From positions 187,984,001 to 188,048,000 of the forward strand of contig CM075977.1 of NCBI GenBank assembly GCA_038087875.1: a stretch of 64,000 bases of DNA, read 5' to 3'. Below are positions 62,746 to 64,000 of the stretch, piece by piece (positions within the stretch are counted from its first letter, which is position 1; each line of letters opens with the position of its first letter). The translations under genes were made by a program, and so were the position numbers. A model generated the notes under the pieces. It did not search any database. It saw only the letters and a program-made list of their open reading frames with translations, and was not told where the DNA came from. The DNA is from Malacoraja senta. Taxonomy: Eukaryota.

Positions 62746-64000
62746 TGTTCAAGAAGGAACTGCAGATGCTGGAAAATCCAAGGTAGACAAATATGCTGGA
62801 GAAACTCAGCGGATGCGGCAGCTTCTATGGAGCGAAGGAAATAGGCAACGTTTTGGGCCAAAACCCTTCTTCACACTGATGCAGGTTGGGGGGGCAGGAA
62901 GAAGAAAGGAAGAGGGCTGAGGGAGAGCTGAGAACGGGAAGAGACAGCAAGGGCTACCGGAAATTGGAGAAGTCAATGTTCAGGCCATTGGGGTGCAGAC
63001 TGCCCAAGCGGAATATGAGGTGCTGCTCCTCCAATTTCAGGAGTCGAGGTATGTGGAAATAAACTCGGTAAGTTCGGCACCGAACTTATTTCCACATACC
63101 TCGACTCCATCCTATCCCCCCTGGTTAAATCCCTCCCGACCTATGTTCAAGACACCTCAGACACTCTCCGTCGTCTCCGGGCGTTCCATTCTCTAGACCC
63201 TCATCCACTCATCTTCACCAAGGACGTCCAGTCACTCTACACCTCCATCCCCCAACATAATGGTCTCAAAGCCCTCCGGTTCTTCCTCGACCGGACAACC
63301 AACCGATACCCGTCCGCGAGACCCGTCCGCCTCGCGGAGTGGGTCCTTACCCTTAATAACTTTTCGTTTGACTCCTCCCATTTCCTCCAAACACAAGGCG
63401 TAGCTATGGGCAAATGCATGGGCCCCAGCTATGCCTGCCTCTTTGTAGGGTACGTCGAACAATCCTTGTTCGAGACATACCAGTGCCCCATCCCCGACCT
63501 CTACCTCTGCTACATCGACGATTGGCATTGGTGCTACCTCCTGCACCCACACACAACTCACTAACTTCATCAACTTCGCCACGAACTTCCATCCGGCACT
63601 CAAATACACCTGGACCATTTCTGACACTTCCCTACCATTTCTTGACCTCACTATCTCCATCGCAGGTGATAGACTTTTGACCGACATCCACTATAAACCC
63701 ACTGACTCCCATGGCTATCTGGACTACACTTCTTCCCACCCTGCTTCCTGTAAGGACTCCATCCCCTACTCCCAATTCCTCCGTCTATGCCGCATCTGCT
63801 CCCAGGATGAGGTGTTCCACATCAGGGCATCGGAAATGTCCTCATTCTTCAGGGAACGGGAGTTCCCCTCCCTTACCATAGACGAGGCTCTCACCAGGGT
63901 CTCTTCAATACCCCGCAACACTGCTCTCTCTCCCCATTCCCCCACTCGGAACAAGGGCAGAGTCCCCCAGTCCTCACCTTCCACCCCACTAGCCGTCACA
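62746..64000 (+). mobile_element. Second Penelope-like element: inverted terminal repeat (62746-63040), hairpin junction, 5'-truncated RT body running off the window
   Basis: DVQSLYTSIP, QTQGVAMG, YIDD, PFLDL, YKPTD and IPYSQFLRL; the upstream piece is the reverse complement of the PLE 3' end. Confidence 0.9.

Noticed and set aside
1-64000. Prokaryotic defence system, CRISPR array, retron or DGR
   Set aside because: The DNA is vertebrate. All RT, recombinase, endonuclease and methylase motifs belong to known eukaryotic transposon classes, and I saw no repeat-spacer array.

Overview
This is a eukaryotic, AT-rich, repeat-dense window. It is almost certainly from a cartilaginous fish (skate, ray or shark), judged from HE1-like V-SINEs that share a 3' end with CR1 LINEs. 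I find no host protein-coding gene, RNA gene, CRISPR array or prokaryotic operon. The recognisable ORFs are transposon fragments or their antisense shadows, so the window looks intronic or intergenic. It contains many CR1 LINE fragments, one near-full-length copy and one with a twin-priming-like 5' inversion. It also has V-SINEs, Rex1/Babar-type fragments, Penelope-like elements (PLEs), short PLE-derived palindromes with minimal hammerhead-like cores, four PIF/Harbinger-like MITEs, a HERO/R2-type RLE LINE fragment and an unclassified TIR element. The most striking region is a nested cluster at 35.2-41.6 kb. It holds a DIRS1-type tyrosine-recombinase retrotransposon with decayed ORFs but near-perfect termini and internal complementary region, inserted in a (CTATT)n microsatellite that matches its own circle junction. 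A foldback element with 16-bp subterminal repeats and a Helitron-like element follow it. All calls are by eye, and the boundaries of old repeats are approximate.
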